A stretch of DNA of 58,433 bases, filler included, from Basidioascus undulatus (GCA_000826855.1; 3 parts of 3 records of this genome joined end to end with filler, not necessarily neighbours in it), one strand, 5' to 3'; positions 38,941-52,477 are shown, numbered from the whole stretch's first letter. Notes: a model not told the origin generated them from the sequence alone. Made by a program: numbers and translations.

Positions 38941-39040
38941 NNNNNNNNNNNNNNNNNNNNNNNNNNNNNNNNNNNNNNNNNNNNTTAATTAATTAANNNN
39001 NNNNNNNNNNNNNNNNNNNNNNNNNNNNNNNNNNNNNNNN
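38941..39040. other. Artificial contig linker (44 N + TTAATTAATTAA + 44 N)
   Basis: Identical to the first linker. It is preceded by a C homopolymer at the contig end. Confidence 0.98.
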
Positions 39041-39042
39041 GA

Positions 39043-39437
39043 GGGGTAAGGCAGGTGCGGCCGGAGGGAGGGGAGGATGAAGAAGAAGAGGAGGAGGAGG
39101 ATACGGGGGAGAGGAGTATGGTCAAGCGTGCGTTCGTTTGGAGGTTACTCTTTCCCAGGCGGTTGCTGATCGCTTGAGATTGCAGTCGCCCACGCGCGCA
39201 ACGAGGCTCGCTTTGACCCGTGTGCGGAGAGCGACGACGACGATCATGCGCGGTTCGAGCTCGGTGCGTTCCTTGCCGTTTCCCTGAATATTTCTCTCAG
39301 AATACGAGCTGACAGCCTCGAGAGCGCCTGTCCAGCACGGAGACTGGCGGTCATCAACAAAGCGAGCCGGCACGGGCGCGAGCGCGGGCCGGGACGCAGC
39401 GGCGGAGGAGGAGGGGGGAAGGCGGTCCCGCAAGTAG
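39043..39437 (+). CDS. 3' fragment of an unknown gene (acidic tract, basic Gly/Arg tail)
   Basis: Two GTGCGT...CAG introns join ...EDEEEEEEEDTGERSMVKLAHARNEARFDPC...RRLAVINKASR...GGRRSRK* in frame. Confidence 0.6.
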
Positions 39438-40224
39438 CGCGGGAGGTCGAGGTACGCCTTCGCTTCTGAAATCGTGCTGAGGTCCAGGGAGGAAGCGCTG
39501 ATTTTGAGAGAATGGCTTTCGCAGGCTCTGTGAGCTGGCGAGCGCCACGGGGAGAGGGGATGGAGGATGTGGCGGAGCTGTGGGACTCGGATTGGGCTTT
39601 GATGATTTATCAGTTTTCGATTGGATTGGGCATCGCATGCGGCTAAGTGTTGTGCGTGAAAAATCACAGAAGGAGTACTCTGGGAAGCTCGCCAGGGGGG
39701 GAGGCTGAGAATGTCGCTGGGGCTTTCCAGCTTCAGAACAGTTGCAAATCCTATAGCCTTACAGGCGCTCTGACTTGACTGGGCTGGCTGGTGGAGAAGT
39801 CGTCGGATGACTGTAGTTACACTGGAAGCAGCTGGTAATCACAACACTGCTAGCTAACTAGAGTCGCACTCAACGACACAGGCAGCACCAAAGCTTGCAA
39901 CAACGTGCAAAACGCATGCAGAGTGAATCGATGAGGGAGCTCGCTGTATGGCGTGTATGAAGTTCTTTCAGTCTTGAAACGGCGGAGGTGAGCGGTCTGA
40001 CAGCCTTCAATGCCTCGCTCGTCTTCCCCTTCCCTCTCGCCCGTTCGTTCGCTCCGTCGATCACCATTGCCTTGCAGTTCATGAGCGAATGTGGACATGA
40101 TGTCTCATAGGACATTTAACTCAGCGTGCGCTGCTGACTTGCCTCTCCATCTTACCTCCCACTGTCCCACGCGCATCGCATCAAATCTCCCTTTCAGAAC
40201 CGAACCCACCTATCAAACACTACC

Positions 40225-40872
40225 ATGTCTCTGCGCCCACCGCTCGCCCAAGCTTGGACTCCTCCCCACTCTTCCTTTACCCACACTGAGCGCTGAGGCC
40301 GACGCATTCGCCGCCAACTCCGACGCCTTCTTCGGCTGCCCCGCGCCGCGCACATCCTCATCCCATCCAAGAAGGTCAAGAAGACCAAGTTATCCCCTCG
40401 CTTTCGCCTCCCCTTCGACGGCCCCCGCGCACGCGCAGACGCCAAGGAGTACGCCCAGCGCGTCTGCGAGCAGTCGGACGAGTTTTTCGGGCGCGTGCGG
40501 GACGCGGATGAGCGCGCGCCCGCGCTGCCGCCGTACAGCCGGAGGCGGGAGAGCTTGGAGCCCCCGCCCTACTGCTCGGATGAGGAGGAGGAGGTTGAGG
40601 AGAAGGAAAGGGGAAGAAGGGGCTGGTGGGTCGCTTGTTCAGGCTGGGGAGAAGGAGGGGAAGGAGACGCTGAAGGAGAATGCTGCACCGGGTATACCCT
40701 CGCATATACGAAGCCATACCATTCCTCCTTCCCTGTCATACGCTTGCCTGACTGCCCCGCGCCGGAAATGGAACCTTTGCTGTTGCACAGCCGGCAGCAT
40801 GTGGATGAGTTTCTGAGAATCGCATTGGGCTACACACGCCCATGTGCCCAAGTTTTGTTTCCCTTTCTATGA
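40225..40872 (+). pseudogene. Putative PY-motif protein reading frame interrupted by an in-frame TGA at codon 24
   Basis: ATG at 40225 in an ACCATG context, TGA at 40294-40296. The same frame then stays open, with LPPY and PPPY motifs and a Glu tract. Confidence 0.4.
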
Positions 40873-41265
40873 AAGTCCGGTATGCATGCCATAGTCTATT
40901 GACTGTGGCAAGGGGATAAGAAGCTACTGAACCTCATTAGTGCCGATGGAACCATGTAGTCCCATTTTGGAAATACAGGCTCCAGTCTACCGTTGCGGGT
41001 CTTCTCTCCGTCGGGCCTTTACCATACCATAAGGTACAGATTGAGAGGTCAAAAGGAGCTTCTAAAGCTCCTGTATAAAGCACTGCCACAGTCGACGTAG
41101 GAATAGCAGCGACTCACCATCTCATAGCTCCGATGACTGCTTCGGCTCCGCCGCGCTGTGGATCCCAGTTTATTTATCAGCGAGCACCTTGTGTGGCTTC
41201 ACATCCTTTGACCTCATTCTCACATAGAACACTCACTCTCCTTGTCTTCACATATTTCGAACACT

Positions 41266-42127
41266 ATGCCCCTTTCCAGACCCCCCATGCCTCCTCCAGC
41301 CGCGTTCCTCGCCCGAAAGCGGGCGTCCATCTTCCCCTCCATCTTCCGAGAGCGGCACGACCTGGAGCAATACTTCTGCACGGAGGACACAACCTCCAAG
41401 ATCTTCGATGCGCTTAAGCTCTGCGGGTATGGCGAGACCGAAGACCAGAATACCGCCTGCTTGTGCACCCCTAGCCTGGCGGCGTTCGCTTGGTGAGCAT
41501 GTGCCCAGCCGGGTTCGAGGTACCTATAGAGGGGAAACTGAGGCGTCGGTGCAGGGAGAGGGAGAAAATACACCTTCCTCTATTAGATATCGATAACCGC
41601 TTCGCCTACCTGCCTGGCTTTCGGTTCTTCGATCTCCAGGCGCCGACTGCCGACTCGGGGTGCGACGCGCCCATCCGTGTCCTCGTCTTCGACCCCCCGT
41701 TCTTTTACGTACCCATGGACAAGATCCTCGCGGCTGTCTTGTTCCTCATTAAGGGGGACACCTCAATCAAGCTGGTCAGTCCTCTTGCGTTCCATTCATA
41801 ACGTCTGCTTGACGCTCATGTTTCTCTTGGACCCAACAGCTGGTGGGGTTCTTGATTCGACATGAAGCTCAGCTTCTGAATCACTTCGGGGAATTCAAGT
41901 TGCGCAGGTCAGCGATCTGTTTCTTCCATTCGGGAGCATTCTGGCATACTGACAGTGGTGTTGCAGAACTCGGTTCCTGCTACAGTACGCACGAGTCAAG
42001 GAGAACAAATGGAGAAACTAGTGAGGCATCCGGCTGGAGTCCATCGACTCTCCCGCGTAACTGACAGAAACTCAATGGAAGTGGATTGTATTCCAATGTG
42101 GACCTGCCAGGGATCAAGCGGATATGA
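41266..42127 (+). CDS. DPPF-motif SAM methyltransferase, EEF1AKMT1/Efm5 (N6-adenineMlase)-like, 5 exons
   Basis: ERHDLEQYF, ACLCTPSL, LLDIDNRF, LVFDPPFF, YGLYSNVDL. Four GT-AG introns keep the frame. Confidence 0.8.
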
Positions 42128-42504
42128 TGGTACTTTACGTGACTGTCTCTTGCGGAGGGGACTTTGAGCGGCGGCTGCGACACCGCGCTGACGACTTGGA
42201 AGATATCCTCTGACAGCTCTGAGACCCTTGTGCTTCCTGTCCACAACTACATCGCGGCCATATTATGTAGCTTTTTTTCATGCCATTGGGTAAATCCCTT
42301 TCAAGGTCTGGCGAGTCTGGCCTTGCGGTCGTCTTGCATTCATAGCAAGACAGGGCCGATAGCAATTGAATAGGTATGGAGCGCGTCGTGACGCAAGTCG
42401 CGTCCTCCTTGAACGCTCCCTCCTCGGCTCTGAAAGCCCTACATCCTTACTTCTTGCATTTTTCGAACACAACGCCTGGAATCTGATCATCCACAGCGCC
42501 CAGG

Positions 42505-45500
42505 ATGACGGCGATCACGGCTGAGCACGCGGCCACTCTCGAAAATGTGGTCAACATGGGCTTCGACCGCGAAACGGCGCTGGCGGCTCTCCAGCGACGC
42601 AACTGGAACCCCGAACAGGCCCTAGACGATATTTTGACGGGAAATATGGGCCCATCGGTGGTACGTGCCATTTCCGTGTCCTTACGCTCTGTGTTGCTTA
42701 AGTTCGGGCGAGGGCCGTTTCCAGCGATTCGACGACAACGAGATCTCGCCCCTCATCGACAGCAACAGCGACATCACTTGGCCGGACACGACTGATCGCG
42801 GACGCACGCACGACTCCAGGGCTGTCGCTCCGGGACAATGGTCCCCATCGCGTGTCTCTGCGCGTGCGTACCTTGATCATCCTTCTCATCACTCCCCTTG
42901 CCCCTGCTTCTCACCATACTGCGGCATGTCCACAGCAACGCCCGTCCGCGCGCAGGGGCAAGGCACGGGCACGGGTGAGGTCATCGACCTCACGGGCGAC
43001 GAGAACGATGACGACCTGCAAGCGGCCCTGCGTGCGAGCATGAACGACCAGCCGCCCCCGTCGGGCCAGCCAGGGCCGCCGCCGAGCCCGACCGTGTTTG
43101 GGCCGAGCAACCGCAACGACCCGGATGGGAAGTGGGCTCTGACGGCGCCGGTGAGCCTAGGAGGTGGATGGAAGTGGCGGTATGAGTGGACGGGGGATCT
43201 GATCTAAGGTGTGGGGACCGGGCGGATGGTAGACGGGTGGAAGCGCTGTGCAGGGCGCGGATGGGCAGACAGAGGAGGATAGGCAGCTAAGTCGCGCTGT
43301 CGAGGAGAGCATGATGAGCTCGAACCCCAATATCGCCGAGTCCGCACCACGCTCCGACCCTCCGCCTCCCGACCGCGTACGCGAAACGCGACAGTGCGTC
43401 TCCTCCTTCTGGCTTCTCGCAGCCCCCACAAAGCGCTCATTGATCTTGCACTTCACCCCCGTCCCCTTCCTTTCCTCCCGACCCACACAGCCCCGTCTAC
43501 CTCCGACCAACCTACCCCGTCCTCGCCCCCTACGCGCTCACCATCCGCGCGCTCCTCACCCTCCCCCCCGTCCGCGTTGCGCTGTTCTCCTCGCTCGTCC
43601 AGCCTTACGAGTCCGAGCCCGTTCACGAGCCGACATACTGGCAGGGCATTGTCGCATCACCCGACCCTGATGTGCCTGATTCCGTCCAAAGTGCGTGTGG
43701 CAGCAGGAGAGCGGGGATAAAGATGTGGCTGACAGGTGACGGGGCGGACGCGCAGTGGTCCAGCGCCTGCAGCGGCTAGCGGCGTTCGTGGAGAAGAGCC
43801 ATAGGGAGTACATTAATCCCGCAGAAGTGTTCGATGCGCTTCAAGTGCCAGCGGACGCAACGTGGCCGCAAAACCTCGGTCAAGAACTCAACAGTTCGTT
43901 GGTTTCCTTTTTCATCCTCGGCTTTTCGGCTTCTTTTCTTCCGCTTCATTTCACCTCACCTGTTCTCTGACCCTGGGTATCTCTCAAACAGGCCTGATCG
44001 ACCACATCTCGCACCTCTGGTTCCTCGCCGTCTCGCCCGCGGCCCCCTCGGAATTCACTGGTCCCTCATCCCCTCCACCAACACCGTCCGACTCCACCAA
44101 CCCTATCTTTCAGCTCTTCCGCACGACCGTCACGCGTCAACACACCTCCCTCTCCACTTCTTCCTCCTCCTCCGCCATCTCCCCCTCCGACGAGCCCTCC
44201 CCGACCGAGATCGAGCACGCGCCCGTCGTCCCGCTCGACATCCCCTTCTCCTTCGCATCCGAGCGCTCCGAGGCCTCCGTCATGTCCTGCCTAGCGGACG
44301 TCCTCTGGCAGGGCGACCGCCGACAGAGCGTCGTCCGCCCCGCGGAGATCGTGTGCTTTCATCTCCGCCGGATGGACAGCAACACGCGCTTCCGCATCGA
44401 CGAGGAGCTGTACTTCGACCGGTTCGCTTGGGAAAACCGCGTACATGCGGAGAGGATCGATCAGGGGGTGAAGAATGGGCGCGTTGAGCTGGAGGAGATC
44501 GAAAAAGAGATACGGGAGCTCGTGAGAAGGAATGCGAGTCGGCGCTGGAGAGCGAGGAAGTGGGACAGGATGCCTCGCATGCTGACTTTGTGCTGTGCGG
44601 TTGTGGTGACACAGGATCGCTCGACCCTAGCCGATCTCCGCGCCTCAATTGAGCACTTCTCCAAGGCGTCCTCACCAGACACCGCCAACGCCGACTACAG
44701 CGCCGACCCGCTCCGTGTCCAGCGCGCGGAAAAGGCCAAGGCGCAGCTGACGCTTGTGCTTGAGCGGTTGGAGGCGAAGTTGGCCGGTGCGTGTGTTTTG
44801 CCCCGCTTTGCGCGTCTCGCATGCGCTACTAATGCCTGCGGTCGTTCCGGTGTGGCAGATAAGCGTGAGGCGGTGGAAGAGCTCAAGTACGAGTTGGAGC
44901 ACGCGTTTGATTTCCCAGATATGCAGAAGATGCGGGTGCGTCGGACGCTCGTCCTGTTGTTGGCGACGTGAGGCTGAAGAACGGTGGAGGGGATGACCGA
45001 TACAGTACCGACTCCGCGCGGTCGTCTCGCACAACGGCATCGCTGGCACGTCCAACATGTGGGCGTACATCCGGGACGATGCGGGGAAGTGGTGGAAGCT
45101 GCGCGATGCGGAGAAGCCGGTCGAGGTGCGTCGCGTTCTTCCTCTTTCCACCTTTGCTTGCCATCAGAAAGCTGATTTAGGAGGGCGGCGTTGTGATAGG
45201 TGACGGCGCAGGAAGCATTGTGCGACACGAACGGCGTTCCGCTCCGTGCAGGGCCGCTCTTGCTGTTCTACGCGCGTGAGCGCGAGGGCCAACAGGACTT
45301 CACCATACCCGAGCTGGTGCTGGTGCGTGTGCGCTTCCTCGTCCTTCACCTATCGTCCCAGCAGCTGATGCGTCTTCCTCCCGCTCCGCACAGAACGGCG
45401 TCCTCCTCGACAACCTCGACTTCGCGGCGCAGCTGCCCGAGCCGGTCGTCGAGCGCCTGCAGAGGGACTTCCCGATCGTCCCGCCCGCACCTGGACTGGA

Positions 45501-45612
45501 GAGCGCGAGGGAGGATGTGGAGATGGGGGATGCGCAGGCGGACGAGGCGGAGGTGCAGGCGGCGGTGCAGGAGAGGGAGAAGGAGGAGCCGAGGGCGGTG
45601 GGTGTACCTTGA
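42505..45612 (+). CDS. UBA-UIM-UIM protein with a USP25/28-like peptidase C19 fold lacking catalytic residues
   Basis: UBA (VNMGFDRETALAALQRRNWNPEQALDDIL), UIMs (DDDLQAALRASM, EDRQLSRAVEESM), degenerate Cys box, DEELYFDRF, coiled coil, degenerate His box YRLRAVVSHNG...WAYIR. Confidence 0.75.
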
Positions 45613-46172
45613 GGGCAGAGATGAGAGATCTTGAGTTTGAGAGGATCGTGCGATGTCACATGAGATCGTGAGATTGAACAACTGATCGGAACACAGGGTA
45701 CGGCAGTCTGCGGAGCGTGGTCGCGCTGGCGGCATCGGAATGATCAATACGATGCGACGGAGCCAGGTGGCGGACGTGCTTTGGGTCATGCACCCGCATT
45801 TTGTTGTTGGCAGCCGCCAGTACTTCCAAATCATTGTTCAACTATATGCGGGTGCGGACATCTTGGTGTCGCAGACACGCAGCCCTGGAGGGCCGCGCTC
45901 TCGCTGTTAAGCTTAGGGAGATTGTCTTCTGGGGCTCGGCTGTGCAAGATCTGGACTTTTATAACTATCTGCTGTTCGTATACGCATGCTTGGGCCACAG
46001 ATCACACCTTGGCACACCACCGCTGGGTGTGAGAACGCTGGATGCCGGACCTCACAGCAATATTTCTTTCGTGCTTCGAGACTTGCTGGGGATGTGAATG
46101 TTCGAAGCGGCACCCGCAGACATACGTTGGTTGTTCGCAGTGTAATCTTCATTTCGTTCTTCATATCAAGGC

Positions 46173-49100
46173 TCATACAGCAATGTCGCCCCGCCTGTCT
46201 CCCGTCTCGTGGCACGGCTCTTCGTCCAAGCGGGGCAGCGTCCTCAACTCGCCCGGGGCGGCGCGGACCTCGCCAGCATCTCGCTTCTTGATGGAGTCCG
46301 CCGTCGACGTCGAGGTGCTCGTGCGAGAGAGCAGCCCGGGGCGAGAGGCTTGGACGCGGCGGAAGAGGAACGTGCCGCCAGGGGAGTCCGCCAAGGACTG
46401 GGTCAAGATGCTGCCCTCGAAGACGGACGAGACCTGTTCGAGGGCCAGGCCCTGGGTTTCCTGTCACGAAGTGAAGAGAGTGAGAAGCCGTCACATGGTA
46501 GGGATGCTGACGAAACGGTACTTACCGGCATAAAGAACACCGCAAACAGAACCATCGCAAAGCAGGTTGCGCCGAAGAGAAGGAACGTGCCTAGTATGTG
46601 ACAATTAGACCCAAAGAAAAGGCACGATTTCAAGTTGATGCCTGGGTAAGCTTACCAAAGGTTCTGAATGACGGCGGAGCAGTTCGTCAGGTTGCGTCCG
46701 AAAGATGTGAACGAAGAATCGCACGTTTCTTCGAGCAGCACAGGGGTGATGCGTGCGATGACCTTCAACTCGTATGTTAGCTTCGAACTGATCATACTTA
46801 TCAAGGGTTGTCCGTTCTTACGAAGTTCATCTGGGAAAACGGTGGAGGTGAGCGGGGGAAATGGTACGACAGGAAAAAAAGCGACTTACAAGCCACTGCA
46901 TCATGAGAGCCTGCGGCGGAGAAGCGAAAATGTTAGATTTTCTATATCGCTTTGGTCAGGTGAGAACCCTCACGAAAGTCGTTGCGAGTGCTCGAAGATG
47001 GTTCGGGCATGCTTCGGTACCGGCCACCCAGGGCACGGAACCCCATCCAAAGCTGTAGCCGACGACGTACTGACAGCCCGGCGTAAGGGATGTGTAAGTC
47101 TCTGGTAGAAAGCCATATTACGATGTTACTCTAGCGAAGCGGACCCACAAGATAGACATGGACGATCGCAGCGTAGCTTGCCGGTACGATGGGGCTGCCT
47201 TCAGGCCGGATAGCACTGTAAATGCCCATAAAGAACCTGAGGTACAGCAGACGGTTTAAGGTCAGTGGATGGCAAACTGAGGAACCCGGTAAGTGACTGA
47301 CATGCAATAACTTTGCGCGAGTCCTCCGAAGATAAGCGGACGCTTCCTTCCGAACTGTTCGATCGCTGACGCCAAAGCAATGCTGGTGAAGACGACCTTG
47401 ACGACGCCGTAGATGCCGGCTGAAAAGGTCAAAATGTGAGCATTGGCCTTGCCTTGTTGCCGCGCAGGAGGACAAATCAGGCTCACTTGCGAAGAGGCCG
47501 GCGTCGCCGCCGGACATTCCCAAGGACTTGAAGATTCGGGGGCTGTAGTCTGTTTTGTGCCTCCCATTGATTAGCAGCAGTTTAGGTGACGCTGGACAAA
47601 GCGCGACATACAGTTGATGGAGCTGTGATGGACAGTCGGAGAAGTCAGCGACGCAGACAGTTTCCGACAAGGCGAGACGCTGCACGGACTTCGTTCCAGT
47701 CCACTGTTGCCCAAACACTAAAACGAAAAACATTCAGCTCAGATATCTACCCTCGTCGCAGGAACAGGAACAGGCACTCACTCAAAATAGGGCCAAGCGC
47801 CACGCGGTACGCAATTTTCTTGGATTCGCCCGCCGCCTTGAACTGCTGCAGCAGAGTCTGAAAGGGCAACATTGTCCGTCAAACGCTTTTGAAAAAGTGA
47901 AATTCTCCAAGTGTGTAAAGACATACAAGCTTTGATTGCTGAGCAAAGCTCTCCTTAATCTCGTGCAACGTTTGAAGCACGTCGGGGTCGTCGATTGGGA
48001 CTGCGGAGCGTCAAAAAGTTATCAGCCTTCCTAAGCTTTATATTGCATAACGCAGCACAGGACTCACCCCGGCGGAGTTTTGCAAGGACCTTTTGCGCCT
48101 CGTCAATACGGCCACGGTCGACGAGCCAGCGCGGACTCTCGTCCTGCCATTGCTCGAACTCAGTATTGGCAAGCGATAACAATCTACAACGGGGAGGATC
48201 TGCTCACATGGAAGATGAGCAGGATCATAAAAATAACTCCGGGAAGCATCTGGAGGGCGAACGCGATACGCCAGATGTTCGGGTTGTCAGGCGGTGAAAT
48301 CGACCGCGTGAGGCCAAGGTTGACCTGGGGTACAAGCGTTAGGCAGGACGACGAGCAGTCAGAGCATTCGTAAGTATATTCACGAAGTATGCGAGCATGA
48401 TGCCCGTGACATTCAGCAACTGCATCGTTGCTGTGCACCGACCGCGAATGGGCGTCGGGGCACTCTCGGACTGCAACAACGTCAGCTCTCGCTCTCATCG
48501 CAGACAGAGCCGAACAAGGCGGTAACTTACAATATAGCTGCATGAAAACTAGATATCAGCTCTGTTCGTTTGGACTTAAGGTGCACCTAGAACTCACAGC
48601 GGGACTACCACAGAGACCAGCCCGACACCAAAGCCTCCGATAACTCTTCCGACGTAAAGCTCGTCGAGGGCGGTATCCCGGTTTGCGAGGCCGCAGCAAG
48701 TCTGAACCACGGAGCCTGTGTGATACCGGTCAGGTAGGTGGAAGTTTAATTTCGAGCGTCAGGCTTACCTATGATGAAAATAACCCCGGCCACCCATAGG
48801 GCAATGCGACGACCCCAACGGCCAGCAATGTACTGTCGACGTAGATAAGCACGGAAAGTCGACAAGGGCCTCTTGACGAAAACACCCACAGCAGCGGACA
48901 TTGCGCCGAAGACTGAAAATAATCGGACCTATCAGTTACCTGCATAGTTAACCTGGGTGACAGGGACGAGAATGAACTTGACTCACAGCATCCTGCTTGC
49001 AGCGTAGAAACAATATTGCCCTCTAAGTTCGCTCTTTCACCGGCATTGACGCCACTATCTTCCGATGTCCTGTAATACTTCTGGAAGCTCTCCATCCCAA

Positions 49101-49317
49101 GGACGCCTCCAATCAAACCTGCATCGCAGAGCCGACTTGTCAGCTTGCACGGCGGACATCAACCCGTTACGAGAGAGCTTACCAGTGTCCCAACCTAAGC
49201 ATCGCAGTGAGTTAGCTCGAAGTCGCAAGGCTACAACAGATAGCAAAACTCACCGAAGAACATCCCGCCGAACGAAATGGACAAGGCCATGAAGTACGCG
49301 CGCCCGTTGCGAGACAT
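46173..49317 (-). CDS. MFS sugar-porter family transporter (quinate permease-like), many exons
   Basis: [68 protein letters not shown]. Confidence 0.92.
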
Positions 49318-52300
49318 GTCCTCTCGCAATTCGGACGGCGAAGCGATTCCTTTGATGCTGAACCCCATGCTTCCAACGAGGTAAAATAGACGCTGCTCTT
49401 GAATCGAGGTTGTGAAGGGAGCAGTGAGAAGATATGCGGTGGGGCTCCCCTAGGAGAATAGCGGGGCACCTCAACGTGGGGAAGACAAAAATAGCGGGAA
49501 GAATGCGCTTCTGCAGCAGCAGATCTTTATCCAGTCGCTCCCTGTCGACCGGACTGCCCGGGGCGGAGAGTACGAGCTCGCGGAGGGACCGGTCCGGGGA
49601 GTACAACAAAATGAATTGTCGGAACGGTCTTGAACGGCCCTGGAACGATGTCACGATCGCTTTAATATGAGCCTCACGAGCAAGCAAGCAGGGCGGGGGG
49701 ACGGCTGACAGTCGATGAGGCTTTGGAGTGGCTCCTTGGCTGGCTCACTGTCTTGGTCTTTGCTAAAAATGGACACCACCAGGCAGGAGAAGTGCTGCAT
49801 TGCTGTTAGCCGTGGGATGAAGAATGCGAGCAGCCGGGGCAACTCGCCGGGATAGGCTAACTTAACCCACAGGAGCTACCCCGCAGGAACGCCTGGTGCC
49901 CCGCATCTCAGCGAGCGACTCAGCGTCCGCCTCGTCAATGGATTGTTCTCGTCTTCATGAGGGTGGACCCGGATGGCACGCTGCGACGACACTCTTCTCA
50001 ATTCTGCCCCGGGAAGGTACAGGATGGCCAAGCCACGACAGCTGACGCGGCAAAGGTCCAGGCCAACGGGCCTTTGACAGCAAGTCGAAGTCGCTGATGG
50101 CGTTGAAGATCCCTCGCGCAGGACGCGGTTGCACAGAACGCGGTTGCGCAGGACAACTCCTCTCACAATAAGGAGTGCACCAATGCTGCCACGTCTGTAT
50201 GGATATGAGAAGATATGCAGCGAATCATATGCATGTCAGGTGAAGGTCGGTGGGACAGGTTCGGCCTCAGGCTACCGTTGCGGGGGCGTCGGTCCCACTT
50301 GCTTGGGTGATCTTGATTGATAAACTCACAACACGAACTGCTGAGAAACAATTCATAAAGGTGTGTACATTGCTCACGAGCTTATGTGCAGAGACAGATG
50401 GCAAAATGCGACACGATGTACGCGTCCATGTTCCACCCTCGCAGACCGCCGATATCCGATGGCCGCAACAGACGAAGACGTAACATTACATGCTCCCCGC
50501 AGTGGTCACCCAACCTCATCGAAAAGTCGCTTCCTGACTATGAGAGCAAAGCTCGGTGTTGGGCGCGTCCCGAGCAGGCGGGCGACGCAGATGTGTGGGC
50601 AGATGTGCGCAGATTCGCGTCCAACCAACAGCGGTGAGGCATCCAGTAGGGGGGCGGTGTTGCTTCGATTTTGGTACGCTACAGCGCTATCGTCATGGAT
50701 CACGGGGAGGAGGTAATAACTGCAGACATTGGGATGGTGAGAAGATGGGGGGAGGAAGCAAGCAGGGAGGACGCGACGGGCTTGGGAGCGCGTACCTGGT
50801 CTGACAGATGTTTGGACGCCATGCGTGTCCAAGTCAAAAGTCACCCGTCAAACCTTCCTGTACCTCCGGGCAGAATGACATAAGATAGCGACGAATGGTT
50901 GGTGGGAAGAAGACATGTGGGATTGCGGGACGTTGGGCGGCGTCGGTTTGGAGGGTAGTCGAGAGCACTTAGCTTCCTTTCCCGCTTCCGCTTCCGCACA
51001 GCTTCTCTCATCATTCTCCCCGTTCCGCCCTCTCTATTTTCCACTTTCTTCCCGCCGCTCTTTGTCGCTCTTTGTCGCTCTCCCGCCACCCGTAGTTAGG
51101 GTTACGCTTCCCCTGGTGTCGTGTCGTAGCTTAGACGCCCGCGCATCGCATTGTCTGTCTGCTTATCTTGTGACCAGTCTGGATACTTGTCGTGTACGTG
51201 TTAACCATCAGGCAAAGAGGCCATCAAGATGGCAATCCAAGTTTGCGTCCGATCTTTGCGGATATGCTAGCTGACCTCACAGTTTTCACAAGCTCATGGC
51301 CGCTGCACATGCGAATCAGTGGCCTCGTAGACTGGCAACACCGAAATTCAAGCTCGTCAGGAGCTCTGCGGAAGAACTGCAGGCCTTCGTCGCAAAGCAA
51401 CGTTGGCTGCGTCCGTAGACCTGATATGTTGCGGAATCCCAATGGATCCTATGAATGAAGTGGTCTATGAAAATGGGCATGGCCTTCTTGCGGCCGGTTG
51501 TTCAGCATGTCCGATGGACGGACGTAATGGCAGTGCAACGGCCGGCAACCATGATGCGCTAGCATGACAAGCACAGGACGGAGAGCTGGACCGGTAGAAT
51601 ACAACTTCAACCTGACTTCTTTTATTAATTTCGAACAGGCATCATAATTTTGCAAAGGCATCTTGACATCTGCGCTGCTGGGGGAAGTGCACACAGAAAG
51701 GGAGCTTTCGAAGTGGGTCAAGTATGTCGAACAATCAGATATCAGTCAACCAAGTAACCTTGTCTCATAGACCTCATCAAATGGAAGCTTCAATGCGACT
51801 GGACATAGGTATCCAAGGCCAATGTCGCATGAGCTGACCGACTTCGCCAGCCATGCATGCAATGTCTGATCCGACCAGCCGTCTGTTCTGAAGCTTTCAA
51901 AGCTTTCAAAGCTATTATGGCAACGAATTCCTGATGTTTTGATGGGAATAGGTTGTCTGGTTTGGGTAGGGAAACAGCAGACCTTTGTTCGACAGCATGC
52001 GACTTGTTCGGGTACGAAGACATACGGTACCCCAAACCACGCAGAACCGGGTGCCAGTTATTCTGTGCTGGATCTTTCTTCATGTCAACAAATCAACCTT
52101 TGATACTCCTTTTGAAGCTTTCATAAAAACTTGCAACCCAAGAACAAGTCACCAGGAAACACTGGCAGTCGGCCGTCGCGGCGACACCATGATGTCGTCA
52201 TTTCGAAGCGGAGAGCCGGATGTTGCTGCTGGCGAGCTCGCCATCCTCAGCAGCGACGTCTTGTACTCTAACCTTCACGTCAGCAACAAGTATTCTCATC

Positions 52301-52477
52301 GGTACTCCACTGTTTAATACGTAAAAACCATGGCAAGTGGCAGTGTTGTTGTATCTTCCAAGCGTCTACACGTCACTATCCCGAACTAGGCTGACACGTC
52401 TCTGCAATGCCCTGCATCGCCATCTTTGTACCTTCTGCCTGGGTGCCTCTTGTCCTTGTTCTCCTCAGCCATCCGGT

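Noticed and set aside
40294..40296. Selenocysteine codon
   Set aside because: Dikarya are not known to have Sec machinery, there is no redox motif around the codon, and no SECIS was recognised.
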